From a virus, in the IMG/VR virus record IMGVR_UViG_3300001348_000001: 48,999 nt of DNA. One strand, 5' to 3'. The position numbers and the translations under genes are program-made. Numbering within the stretch: the stretch's first letter is position 1; each line of letters starts with the position of its first letter. The notes beneath the pieces are model-generated. The model saw nothing but the letters and a program-made list of their open reading frames with translations, was not told the DNA's origin and did no database searches. Below are positions 1-8,996 of this stretch, piece after piece.

Positions 1-264
1 AATGTTACTTTAGCTGTTAAAGCGTTAGACCTTTATAAGTTAGAAACTGGGAAAGGACAGAATACTCAAAAAAGACGTTCAAATCGTAAGCAGCCACAAA
101 GTTCTGCTGCTGATATGGTATCTACTAAAACAACCAATATAGATGCTAAGGAAGCTAAGATTTGGACAGAAAGTGAAATTGCGAAAATGTCCCTCGACCA
201 ATTTGATAGACACGAAGAAGAAATCAATATTGCGATGATTGAGGGAAGGGTTCGTAGAGGATAA
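1..264 (+). CDS. Scaffolding protein, C-terminal fragment (duplicate of 48597-48860 created by the terminal redundancy)
   Basis: Same sequence and frame as the end of the 287-aa ORF 47997-48860; the stop taa ends at 264. Confidence 0.6.
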   Translation, partial: NVTLAVKALDLYKLETGKGQNTQKRRSNRKQPQSSAADMVSTKTTNIDAKEAKIWTESEIAKMSLDQFDRHEEEINIAMIEGRVRRG

Positions 265-403
265 TCTTTTCTACTTAGGAGTAATATAATATGGCTTTTA
301 ACCAATCAGACGCTCTATTTGAGCAAGGTACAGACACTAACGGTAACTTTGGTAATTCAGTAGCAGGTCAAACGAACTCGTTTTTCCTACCCAAAGTATA
401 TTC
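1..403. repeat. Terminal redundancy of the window; bases 1-403 are identical to 48597-48999 (unit genome 48,596 bp)
   Basis: Direct reading: aatgttactttagctgttaaagcg starts at 1 and again at 48597, and identity runs to the last base. The ORF track shows identical antisense ORFs at 66-305 and 48662-48901. Confidence 0.97.
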
Positions 404-1280
404 TAAACAGGTACTCAACTTCTTTCGGAAGTCTTCAGTAGCAGAAGCTATTACGAACACCGATTATGCTGGTGAGATTTCTGGTTATGGTGACACTGTA
501 CGAATCATCAAGGAACCTGTCATCACTGTTTACCAGTATGAGCGTGGCGCAGATATAACTAAAACAGCTTTGACTGACCAAGAAGTTAGTCTTGTTGTTG
601 ACACTGCTAACGCATTCAAGTTCATCGTTGATGATATTGAAACTAACATGTCGCATGTAAACTTCCGCGATGTAGCAACCTCTTCAGCAGCTTACGCTTT
701 GCGTGATGCTTTTGACGCAGGTGTAATTGCTACGATGTTCGCTGGCGTTTCTGCTGCAACCCCTAACCACATCCTTGGTTCTGACAATGCAACTGACCTT
801 GCTGCTGGTACTTTTGACGGTACTGGTAACTTGGACATTGGCTTTGGCTCATCTGAGCACGATCCTATTGACGTTCTTTCTCGTATGGCCCGTCTTCTTG
901 ACGAGCAAAACATCCCTGAAGAAGGTCGTTGGTTCTTGGCTTCACCTGAGTTTTACGAAATTCTCGTACAAAGCTCATCTAAGCTTTTGTCAGTAGACTA
1001 CAACGCCGGTCAAGGCTCCATCCGTAATGGTTTGGTAAGCTCTGGCAAGCTGCGTGGCTTTGACATGTATAAGACTAACAACATTGCTGCAACGTCTAAC
1101 GCTGCTGGTCAATGTCTTGCTGGTCACATGTCTGCTACTGCTACGGCTCAGACCATTACTAGCACTGAAGTCATTCGTGACCCAGATAGCTTTGGCGACA
1201 TTGTACGTGGTCTTCACGTATATGGTGCTAAGGTACTGCGGCCAGATGCTATGGTTTCAGCGTTTTATGGTATCGACTAA
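291..1280 (+). CDS. Major capsid protein (329 aa)
   Basis: AGGAG RBS about 10 nt upstream. Sits directly after the scaffold gene and is followed by a strong intrinsic terminator. Size and position are typical of a T7-supergroup/HK97-fold capsid gene. Confidence 0.8.
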   Translation: MAFNQSDALFEQGTDTNGNFGNSVAGQTNSFFLPKVYSKQVLNFFRKSSVAEAITNTDYAGEISGYGDTVRIIKEPVITVYQYERGADITKTALTDQEVSLVVDTANAFKFIVDDIETNMSHVNFRDVATSSAAYALRDAFDAGVIATMFAGVSAATPNHILGSDNATDLAAGTFDGTGNLDIGFGSSEHDPIDVLSRMARLLDEQNIPEEGRWFLASPEFYEILVQSSSKLLSVDYNAGQGSIRNGLVSSGKLRGFDMYKTNNIAATSNAAGQCLAGHMSATATAQTITSTEVIRDPDSFGDIVRGLHVYGAKVLRPDAMVSAFYGID

Positions 1281-1287
1281 ACTGAAC

Positions 1288-1316
1288 GGGGGCCGTAAAA
1301 AGCCCCCAATCTTTTT
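1288..1316 (+). terminator. Rho-independent terminator after the capsid gene
   Basis: Stem gggggc (1288-1293) / gccccc (1302-1307), 8-nt loop, then aatcttttt. Confidence 0.75.
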
Positions 1317-1331
1317 ACACAGGATTTATGT

Positions 1332-1520
1332 ATGCCACAAATAGGAAGTAAAGATAAGCCAGTAATGTTTAGGAAAGCGATTGTTTCTCAAGAAAGTCGT
1401 TTTCGTAAGGGTTTTGACAAAGATAAATATCAAAGCAACTATGATCGTATCTTTGGTAATAAAAATGAATTAGAAATAGCTAGAGAGACTTCTAAAACTT
1501 TTAGCATGGAGCAAGAATAA
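1332..1520 (+). CDS. Hypothetical small basic protein (62 aa)
   Basis: ORF in the late-operon orientation with a TAATG junction to the next ORF. RBS is weak. Confidence 0.45.
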   Translation: MPQIGSKDKPVMFRKAIVSQESRFRKGFDKDKYQSNYDRIFGNKNELEIARETSKTFSMEQE

Positions 1521-1720
1521 TGAAAGATAAATATATGCGTGGCGGTTATATGGGTGGAAGCATGGTAGATCAAATGCAAGGCCAGATGAAAAAGAAAATG
1601 ACCGAACCTCGTGGTGGCTATGCTCATGGTGGTAAAGCTATGGGCGGTAAAGCTGATATTGCTGCTATGGAAAAAGCTTGTAGCGCAATGGCCGGTAAGA
1701 ATAAAAGCGTAACTTACTAA
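1520..1720 (+). CDS. Gly/Met-rich small protein (66 aa) with repeated GG motifs
   Basis: GGAG upstream, TAATG coupling on both sides. Contains RGGYMGG, RGGYAHGGKAMGGKA. Confidence 0.5.
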   Translation: MKDKYMRGGYMGGSMVDQMQGQMKKKMTEPRGGYAHGGKAMGGKADIAAMEKACSAMAGKNKSVTY

Positions 1721-1860
1721 TGAAAGTAGACGCCCCTAAAGGTTATCATTGGATGAAGGTTGGTAAAATTCAGAAACTAATGAAAGATCCTAAAGAAGGG
1801 TTTAAGCCTCATAAAGGTGCAAGCAAAAAAGCTAACTTCACAATTCAAAAGGCACACTAA
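1720..1860 (+). CDS. Hypothetical small protein (46 aa, MKVDAPKGYHWMKVGKIQKLMKDPKEGF...)
   Basis: Hand-translated ORF below the 60-aa track threshold. It fills the gap exactly, with TAATG coupling at 1718-1722. Confidence 0.45.
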   Translation: MKVDAPKGYHWMKVGKIQKLMKDPKEGFKPHKGASKKANFTIQKAH

Positions 1861-1862
1861 TA

Positions 1863-2630
1863 ATGGCAACATTTCTTACGTTAACAAATGAGCTACTGCG
1901 AGAGCTAAATGAGGTTGCTTTAACTTCAGCTACTTTTGCAAATGCTATCGGTGTTCAGCAACACGCTAAAGACTGTATTAACAGAAGCTATTTAGACATT
2001 GTTAACGAAGAACCTCAGTGGCCTTTTTTAGCTACTGATGAAAGCGGTGCTACAGATCACATGTACGGAAATGCGTATGTAGAAACAGTAGCTGGTACTC
2101 GTTGGTACGAGTTAAAACCTTCTTCTAGCAGCGTGACAACTGATTATGGTTACATTGATTGGGATAATTTCCTATTAACAACTGTTGATGTGTCTGGAGA
2201 AACAGCGCCGCATACTATTCGTAACCTCAAGTACACAACTACTGAAGAGTGGAAAGACTTCTTTAGAGTCTCGCAGAACAAAGACGCTTCAGACACCCAA
2301 CAGTATGGTGTTCCTTCTCGCGTAATACGCAGCCCAGACAGTCGTAAGTTTGGTCTAAGCGCCATACCTGACAAAGTATATCGTATTTGGTTCTATGCTT
2401 ACGACCTTCCTACAGAGCTTGATGCTTTTGGAGATGCTATTGTATTTGCAGACACTTACAAGCCTGTGCTGTTAGCAAGGGCTAGATACTACATGCACCA
2501 GTTTAAAGAAAACTCACAAGCTGCTGCATTTGCACTAGACGATTATAAGCGTGGTTTAAAACTTATGCGCCTTCATCTTATGGAACCAGCTCCCGGTTAT
2601 TTCAAAGATGACAGAATGAGATTTGTGTAA
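1863..2630 (+). CDS. Head-tail adaptor / tail tubular protein A-like (255 aa)
   Basis: Position after the capsid gene and before the nozzle-size gene, as in the T7 gp11/gp12 order. Stop overlaps the next start (TAATG). Confidence 0.5.
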   Translation: MATFLTLTNELLRELNEVALTSATFANAIGVQQHAKDCINRSYLDIVNEEPQWPFLATDESGATDHMYGNAYVETVAGTRWYELKPSSSSVTTDYGYIDWDNFLLTTVDVSGETAPHTIRNLKYTTTEEWKDFFRVSQNKDASDTQQYGVPSRVIRSPDSRKFGLSAIPDKVYRIWFYAYDLPTELDAFGDAIVFADTYKPVLLARARYYMHQFKENSQAAAFALDDYKRGLKLMRLHLMEPAPGYFKDDRMRFV

Positions 2631-4225
2631 TGTCTCAGCCTTGGGGATATTCTTGTAGAGGCGGTTTAAACGTCAACCTAAACCAGCTTGAAATGCTTCA
2701 GCAGCCGGGACAAGCCACAAGACTTCGTAACTTTGAAGTAGATCCTGATGGCGGCTACAGGCGCATTGATGGCTTTACACCCTTTGGTGACACAAAACCA
2801 AATGGTAGTGAAGCAGTATTAGGCATGGCTGTTTACGCTGATGGCGTTATTGTATGTTCAGGCACTGGTATATTCTTCAGTGTTGATGGTGAAGAAACAT
2901 GGATGCAAATAAACAAGGCTTCTGTTCATAGTAGCGGTGATGACTACGGAACTTTTAACAGCCGTGCAAATGCCGATAGAACAAATCAGGGACGCTGTAC
3001 TTTTGCAATCTATGAAGGTACTTCAGATTACGGGCAAATTGTAATCTGTGACGGGGTCAATGAGCCATTTTTATTTCAAATGACAGGAACAGCGGGTTTA
3101 AGCTCTAGAACCTTTTTTGCTAAAGAAATTACTGTAAGTAGCACTGTAGGCCCTGCAATAGCAGTTATACACGATAAACACCTTGTGGTTGCTGGTGATG
3201 CGTCATCTAAAAATACTGTGTACTATAGTGGTACAAATGATATAGATAGCTTTAGTAGTACAGGATCAGGCAGTGTAGTAATTTCTGATGCTGTTGTAGG
3301 ACTAGCAAGCTTTCGTGGTGATTTAATTATTTTCTGTAAAAACAGTATTCACAAGCTTTCTAACATTAACGATGCTGCTAGTATATCAGTTACGCCTATT
3401 ACAACTAACGTAGGTTGTTTATCTCACGGCAGCATACAAGAAATTGGTGGTGATATTTTATTTCTTGCACCTGATGGTGTGCGTACTGTGGCAGGCACAG
3501 CGCGTATTGGTGACGTAGAGTTAAGCTCTGTTAGTAGACAAATACAAGAAATATTAAAAGATGTAGCGGCTAACTCTGGTTTTATTATTACTAGCGCAGT
3601 TTTAAGAAGTAAGTCTCAGTACAGATTATTTTATAGTACTAATACTGAAAGTCCTTCAGTTGCTAAAGGTATTATTGGAACATTAACCTCTAATGGTTTT
3701 GAATGGTCAGAAACACTAGGCATTCAAGCACTGGGTATTATTTCTGACTTAGATGCAAATGGCGTAGAGCAAGTATATCATGGTGACAAAGATGGTTATA
3801 TTTACAACCATACAACAGGTACTTCTTTCTATAATGCAGGAGCGGCTACTAATATTTCATCAGTTTACCAAACTCCTGACTTTGACTTTGGTGACGTAGG
3901 AACTAGAAAAACTTTGAAGTATGCTAGAGTTTCTTTTAGTCCTGAAGGAGAAGTTCTTCCTAGTTTTAGGGTGCGTTATGATTATGAAGATCCTAACATA
4001 CCTCAACCAGAACCTTTTTCTATAGCTACAATTGCTTTACCAGCTATCTTTGGAACAGCAACATTTAATGCTGTAACCTTTGGAGCAACCAGTGATCCTA
4101 TGGAGCGTCTTACATTGGAAGGCTCTGGACATACATGTAGCTTTAGAATTTTTAGCGACGATCAAAAACCATCATACGCTGTAAACGGTATTTACATAGA
4201 TTATATGCCTTCAGGCAGGAGATAA
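2630..4225 (+). CDS. Tail tubular protein B / nozzle-like (531 aa)
   Basis: Synteny (T7 gp12 position) and size. Translationally coupled to the upstream gene. Confidence 0.5.
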   Translation: MSQPWGYSCRGGLNVNLNQLEMLQQPGQATRLRNFEVDPDGGYRRIDGFTPFGDTKPNGSEAVLGMAVYADGVIVCSGTGIFFSVDGEETWMQINKASVHSSGDDYGTFNSRANADRTNQGRCTFAIYEGTSDYGQIVICDGVNEPFLFQMTGTAGLSSRTFFAKEITVSSTVGPAIAVIHDKHLVVAGDASSKNTVYYSGTNDIDSFSSTGSGSVVISDAVVGLASFRGDLIIFCKNSIHKLSNINDAASISVTPITTNVGCLSHGSIQEIGGDILFLAPDGVRTVAGTARIGDVELSSVSRQIQEILKDVAANSGFIITSAVLRSKSQYRLFYSTNTESPSVAKGIIGTLTSNGFEWSETLGIQALGIISDLDANGVEQVYHGDKDGYIYNHTTGTSFYNAGAATNISSVYQTPDFDFGDVGTRKTLKYARVSFSPEGEVLPSFRVRYDYEDPNIPQPEPFSIATIALPAIFGTATFNAVTFGATSDPMERLTLEGSGHTCSFRIFSDDQKPSYAVNGIYIDYMPSGRR

Positions 4226-4229
4226 ATTA

Positions 4230-7200
4230 ATGGCTCAGAATTATACAAGACAAAGTTCGTTTGCTGATGGCGATACAATTACAGCGGCTTTATTTAACAA
4301 TGAATTTAACCAAGTAGTAAACGCTTTCGCATACTCTGCAAGCAGTGACAGCTCTACTGGACACAAGCACGATGGTACTAGCGGTCAAGGCGGTAACATT
4401 CCGCAGATTGGTGACATAGACTTTTTAAACAAGATTGTTGTAGATAACACAAACAACAGGTGGGGTTTTTATGTACAAGTTTCAAGCGGTACAGTTGAAC
4501 AGCTTCGTATCCAAGATGGTGCTATTGTTCCTGTTACTAACAATGATATTGATCTTGGGACATCCTCACTGGAGTTTAAAGATTTATTTTTGGATGGAAC
4601 AGCTCACATTGATACTCTGGATGTCGATGTCAACGCCACGGTTGCTGGAACTCTAGGCGTTACAGGTGCTTCTACACTTACTGGAAATGTAACGGCTACT
4701 AATGATCTTAGCGTAGGTGGCAATCTTACTGTTACAGGCAACGCAACTATTGCAGGTAACTTAACCTTTGGTGATGCTGCTACGGATACAGTAGCCTTTA
4801 GTGCTGACGTAGCTTCTAATCTTCTTCCTAGCGTAGACAATACTTATGACTTAGGCGCAGCAGGTTCTGAGTGGAAAGACCTATACATTGACGGTACTGC
4901 AAACATTGATAGCCTTGTAGCTGATACCGCAGACATTAATGGCGGAACTATTGATGGGGCAACTATTGCAACATCAGACATTACAGTAGGATCAGGAAAA
5001 ACTTTAAATGTTTCAGCGGGTACATTAACTCTTGCAGACGATCAAATCTCTGGTGACAAAGTTGAAGGTGGCACTATTGCCGCTACTACTATTACTACAC
5101 TTACATCAACTACAGGTAACATTACATCAGTTAATGCAACTACAGTAGATACTACAAATCTTGAAGTAACTACTTTAAAGGCTAAAGACGGCACTGCCGC
5201 AGGTTCTATTGCAGACTCTACTGGTGTTGTAACACTAGCAAGCTCTGTACTTACCACTACAGATATTAATGGCGGCACAATTGATAGTGCTGTTATTGGT
5301 GGCACAACTCCTGCGGCTATTACGGGTACAGCCATTACAGCAACAGGCATAATGACGGCTACAGGAACTTCAGTCTTTGCAAGCCTAGATATTTCTGGAG
5401 ACATTGATGTAGACGGCACAGCTAACCTTGATGTCGTGGACATTGATGGCGCTGTGGATATGGCGAGTACTCTAGCGGTTGGTGGTGTTGTTACAGCCAA
5501 CGCAGGTGTAGTAGTAGATAACATCACAATAGATGGCACTACGATTGCCCTAAGCTCTGGCGACCTAACACTAGATGTTGCAGGAGATTTGATTCTTGAT
5601 GCAGATGGCAGTGATATATATTTCAAAGATGGTGGTTCAGAAAGATATAGATTTAGGCTCGATGTCACGCCAGAATTTATAGCAACAGGCGGAAATTTTA
5701 GAATCTCCAACGCTACTTCAGATGCTGATATATTATTTGTCGGCAACGATGGTGGTTCAACTATCACAGCCCTTACCCTTGATATGTCAGCGGCAGGTGA
5801 AGCCACATTTAACGCAGGAATTAAATTAAGTGATGGTAACGCGGCAAGTTTTGGAGCAGGTGGAGATTTACTTGTTTATCACTCAAGCAATGAAAACATA
5901 ATACAAACTAATACTAGCGACCAAGATTTATTATTCAAAGGCAAAGATGGCGCCTCAACCATCACAGCCCTCACCCTTGATATGTCAGCGGCAGGTGCGG
6001 CTACGTTTAATGGCACTATTGCAGGTACGCGAATCAGCTTGTCCGACGGTGTAGATGACGCAGGGTCAGCAGGGTCTGAATCAGTCTTTAATAACGGACA
6101 AACCACTGCTAATTTTAGAGTGGCTACTACTGGCAACGCGAATACGCTGTTCGTTGACGGTGGTACTAATAACGTGGGAATAAATGTCGCAGACCCGACT
6201 CACAGGTTGGAAGTAGTAAAAGACAACACCTATGCAGTTAAGTTTGGCGGAGATGGCGGTGGCTTAGACGCTTCTATCGAAATCGGACAGTCTGGTACAA
6301 GTGCTAGTCCGGGCTTTAACGCAACTGCGGGTAGTATGCTGTTTTCCATAGCTGGCTCAGAAGCCATGCGCATCGATACCAGCGGCAACTTGGGGATTGG
6401 TGTCACTCCTGCAGCGGGTGTACGACTAGACGTTAGGAGCAATGCGGCGGCTACTATAGGTGACTTTAGAAACGCATCAGCTACAGGCTTCGGATTATAT
6501 GTTGCCGCAGGAGACACATCGTCTCAATACGCGTTTAGGGCGGCTGACTATCAGAACAATTTGTTGTTTACTGTTCAGGGTGACGGCAACGTGGGTATTG
6601 GTACGAGTTCGCCAGCTACGCAGTTGCATGTAGCAGATGCGTCTGACTCAAACGCTCAAATTAGAATTAATGGCAGCACAAGCACCGTGTATTCGCGTCT
6701 CTATTCTGACAATAACGGCGTACTGGCAATCAGCACTGACGTAGGAAATCAAGTTGCTGGTAGCTACATGATGTTTGAGGTAAAAGGCACAGAACGCATG
6801 CGCATCGACAGCCTTGGAGGTATTACTGCCGCATCACAGGCTGGTGGGCATGTGGTTTTCAACAGCAACACAGTTGATGCCGATTTCAGAGTAGCGCACA
6901 ACGGCGGGACACACGCTCTATACGTTGATGGGGCTACGGGCAAGGTGGGTATTGGTGCTAGTAGTCCACGCTCCTTAATTAACGCATCGTCTGCAACAGG
7001 TGCAGTTCTTACTTTAGAAAGTAGCGATACAACTCTAGGTGAAAATGACGTTGTAGGTCAGATTGATTTTTATGCCAATGATGCTTCAACCAACTCAACA
7101 GGTAACAAGGCATTCATCAAGGCTTACTCAGAAACAGCAGGTGGCAACAAAGTAGGTCTTGATTTTGCAACGTCTGGTAGCGATTCAGCTACTGGTGTTG

Positions 7201-8042
7201 TCGCTATGACGATTGATTCGTCTCGAAACGTGGGTATTGGTAATTCTGGTGTAGTCAGCACAAGACTCGCTGTAACTGGTGCAGTAGTTGGCGCAAACAT
7301 TGAGACCACTTCAAGCAATACGGGTCATGAAGCCCTAATCGTCAACCGCCAAAACTCATTCGGTACGTCTATTTCTATCAACAAGGCGGGAACAGCCATA
7401 GGTGGTATCAGTGTAGTAGATTCAGATCCAACTGGTGGTGGCGGCGAGCTTCTTATTGCATCTGGAAACACAGGGCTAAAATTTGATGACCAAGCTAATT
7501 ACATTCGCCCCTCCAATGCGGCAGGAGCCTTGCGAGACAACATTATTGATTTAGGCAAGTCTGATTCACGCTTCAAATACCTCTACCTATCAGGCGGTGT
7601 TGTCTTCGGAGCCACAGGCGGCAGCGTATCAAGCAAAACGCTGGATGACTATGAGGAGGGGACTTGGACTCCTGCTTATGAAGCGGTTAGTGGCGCGGCG
7701 ACATACGGCACACAAGAAGGTTCGTATACAAAAATTGGCAACAAGGTAATGGTCACAGGTGTATTACAAGCTCAAAGAGGAACTTTAAGCGGTACTACAG
7801 TTATCACTGGGCTACCTTTCTCAGTAAACGGTAATGGGGGTGGCGTTCATATTAATTTTGCGCTGAACTTCGCTACTGATATGCCAAATTTAAAAGGGTA
7901 CACAAGCGGCAATCAAATAAATTTTAGAACACAGGCGACTAACGCTTCTGCTTCAAGCCCGCTGGTTCCAACAAATCTAAGCGATGCAGCAACTACACAT
8001 AATTATATGTATTTCACTGCCCATTACTTTACAGCAGCATAA
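4230..8042 (+). CDS. Tail fibre/spike protein (1270 aa) with repeated modules
   Basis: The N-terminus QSSFADGDTITAALFNNEFNQVVNAF is typical of fibre anchor domains. Long G/T/A/V/D-rich beta-repeat region. Recurring (R)MRIDSxGNVGIGTxxP-type motif at least 5 times. Confidence 0.8.
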   Translation: MAQNYTRQSSFADGDTITAALFNNEFNQVVNAFAYSASSDSSTGHKHDGTSGQGGNIPQIGDIDFLNKIVVDNTNNRWGFYVQVSSGTVEQLRIQDGAIVPVTNNDIDLGTSSLEFKDLFLDGTAHIDTLDVDVNATVAGTLGVTGASTLTGNVTATNDLSVGGNLTVTGNATIAGNLTFGDAATDTVAFSADVASNLLPSVDNTYDLGAAGSEWKDLYIDGTANIDSLVADTADINGGTIDGATIATSDITVGSGKTLNVSAGTLTLADDQISGDKVEGGTIAATTITTLTSTTGNITSVNATTVDTTNLEVTTLKAKDGTAAGSIADSTGVVTLASSVLTTTDINGGTIDSAVIGGTTPAAITGTAITATGIMTATGTSVFASLDISGDIDVDGTANLDVVDIDGAVDMASTLAVGGVVTANAGVVVDNITIDGTTIALSSGDLTLDVAGDLILDADGSDIYFKDGGSERYRFRLDVTPEFIATGGNFRISNATSDADILFVGNDGGSTITALTLDMSAAGEATFNAGIKLSDGNAASFGAGGDLLVYHSSNENIIQTNTSDQDLLFKGKDGASTITALTLDMSAAGAATFNGTIAGTRISLSDGVDDAGSAGSESVFNNGQTTANFRVATTGNANTLFVDGGTNNVGINVADPTHRLEVVKDNTYAVKFGGDGGGLDASIEIGQSGTSASPGFNATAGSMLFSIAGSEAMRIDTSGNLGIGVTPAAGVRLDVRSNAAATIGDFRNASATGFGLYVAAGDTSSQYAFRAADYQNNLLFTVQGDGNVGIGTSSPATQLHVADASDSNAQIRINGSTSTVYSRLYSDNNGVLAISTDVGNQVAGSYMMFEVKGTERMRIDSLGGITAASQAGGHVVFNSNTVDADFRVAHNGGTHALYVDGATGKVGIGASSPRSLINASSATGAVLTLESSDTTLGENDVVGQIDFYANDASTNSTGNKAFIKAYSETAGGNKVGLDFATSGSDSATGVVAMTIDSSRNVGIGNSGVVSTRLAVTGAVVGANIETTSSNTGHEALIVNRQNSFGTSISINKAGTAIGGISVVDSDPTGGGGELLIASGNTGLKFDDQANYIRPSNAAGALRDNIIDLGKSDSRFKYLYLSGGVVFGATGGSVSSKTLDDYEEGTWTPAYEAVSGAATYGTQEGSYTKIGNKVMVTGVLQAQRGTLSGTTVITGLPFSVNGNGGGVHINFALNFATDMPNLKGYTSGNQINFRTQATNASASSPLVPTNLSDAATTHNYMYFTAHYFTAA
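5763..5997 (+). repeat. Internal 66-aa duplication in the tail fibre (37-nt cores at 5763-5799 and 5961-5997 differ at 1 nt)
   Basis: atcacagccct[t/c]acccttgatatgtcagcggcaggtg occurs twice, 198 nt apart. Protein level: DGGSTITALTLDMSAAGEATFN / DGASTITALTLDMSAAGAATFN. Confidence 0.9.
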
Positions 8043-8088
8043 CAACCATACGCCTAGTGGATTCTAGGCACAGACAGGAGCAATACAA

Positions 8089-8340
8089 ATGGCTTTAGAA
8101 AAAGTAATATCAGAAGACAAGATTGAAATAATTGGCCCATACAAGGCTGTTCAAATCAGGACTTGTACGCAGGTATTAGAGGACGGCGTAGAGCTATCCT
8201 CTGGCTACCACAGGCACGTCATCACGGCTGGTCAGGACTACAGCGGCGAATCAGCAGAAGTACAAGCGATTTGTGCAGCGGTTCACACTGCTGAAGTCAT
8301 CGCAGCATTTGAAGCATCACAAGAAGGAGACGCACCATGA
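8089..8340 (+). CDS. Hypothetical protein (83 aa), downstream partner of the tail fibre
   Basis: AGGAG RBS. GC-richer than flanking genes. ATGA overlap with the next ORF. Confidence 0.6.
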   Translation: MALEKVISEDKIEIIGPYKAVQIRTCTQVLEDGVELSSGYHRHVITAGQDYSGESAEVQAICAAVHTAEVIAAFEASQEGDAP

Positions 8341-8660
8341 CAACAGTATGGCAAATCAGCCAAATGGAACGAACGCTTGCAGACGGTGGCGTTATCGTAT
8401 GTCACTGGCGAGCTAACGCATCAGAGACTGTAGGAGAAGGCGATGACGCTGCGACCTACTCAGCGACTAACTACGGCACTGCTGGTTTTACACCAGATCC
8501 TTCTGCTTCAGACTACGTTCCTTACGACGACATCACAGAAGAAGTAGCTTTAGGTTGGTGCTGGGCTAACGGTGTTGACAAGGACGCTATTGAAGCAAGC
8601 CTACAGGCTTCCATTGACCTCCAGAAGAACCCAACGCAAGCATCAGGAGTTCCGTGGTAA
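8337..8660 (+). CDS. Conserved phage protein (107 aa; WQISQME...VCHWRA...PYDDITEE...GVPW)
   Basis: The motif pattern resembles a widespread small phage protein family often found next to fibre genes (recognised from memory only). Confidence 0.6.
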   Translation: MTTVWQISQMERTLADGGVIVCHWRANASETVGEGDDAATYSATNYGTAGFTPDPSASDYVPYDDITEEVALGWCWANGVDKDAIEASLQASIDLQKNPTQASGVPW

Positions 8661-8821
8661 TGACTAATGCACTAGATTATATTAATGCTTTAACGGCTCT
8701 TGTAACAGCTTGTAGCGCTATCACGGCTTTAACTCCTACACCAAAAGATGATAAAATTATAGGTAAACTATATAAGTTCTTAGAAATGTTTGCATTGGTT
8801 ATTGGTAAGGCTAAAAAATAA
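8660..8821 (+). CDS. Small membrane protein (53 aa; one hydrophobic helix then TPTPKDDKIIGKLYKFLE)
   Basis: Hand-translated. TAATG coupling at both ends (8658-8662, 8819-8823). Confidence 0.5.
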   Translation: MTNALDYINALTALVTACSAITALTPTPKDDKIIGKLYKFLEMFALVIGKAKK

Positions 8822-8991
8822 TGCAAGAAGAAACTAAAGCAGTTATAGACGCAATAGCGGTGGGTGGCACAGTAGGTACGTTAGCTGGTTGGCTACCACC
8901 TTTAGCTGCTTTAGCAACCATTATTTGGACTTGTATTAGGATCTTAGAAACAGAGACTGTCCAGAAACTTTTTAAAAAAGATAAAGAGTAG
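8821..8991 (+). CDS. Small membrane protein (56 aa; AIAVGGTVGTLAGWLPPLAALATIIWTCI)
   Basis: Hand-translated, coupled to the upstream ORF, hydrophobic core of about 30 aa. Confidence 0.5.
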   Translation: MQEETKAVIDAIAVGGTVGTLAGWLPPLAALATIIWTCIRILETETVQKLFKKDKE

Positions 8992-8996
8992 ATATT

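Noticed and set aside
5042-5806. 254-aa antisense ORF inside the tail-fibre gene, plus similar antisense ORFs at 4604-4840, 5879-6136, 6230-6517 and 7124-7318
   Set aside because: They lie opposite a repetitive G/A/T/V-codon region that lacks stops on the reverse strand by composition. They have no RBS, and the translated sequences are low-complexity (S/P/A/V-rich).
8052-8069. Hairpin gcctag-tggatt-ctaggc after the tail-fibre gene as a terminator
   Set aside because: A 6-bp stem without a following T-tract. It may affect RNA stability but does not meet intrinsic-terminator criteria.
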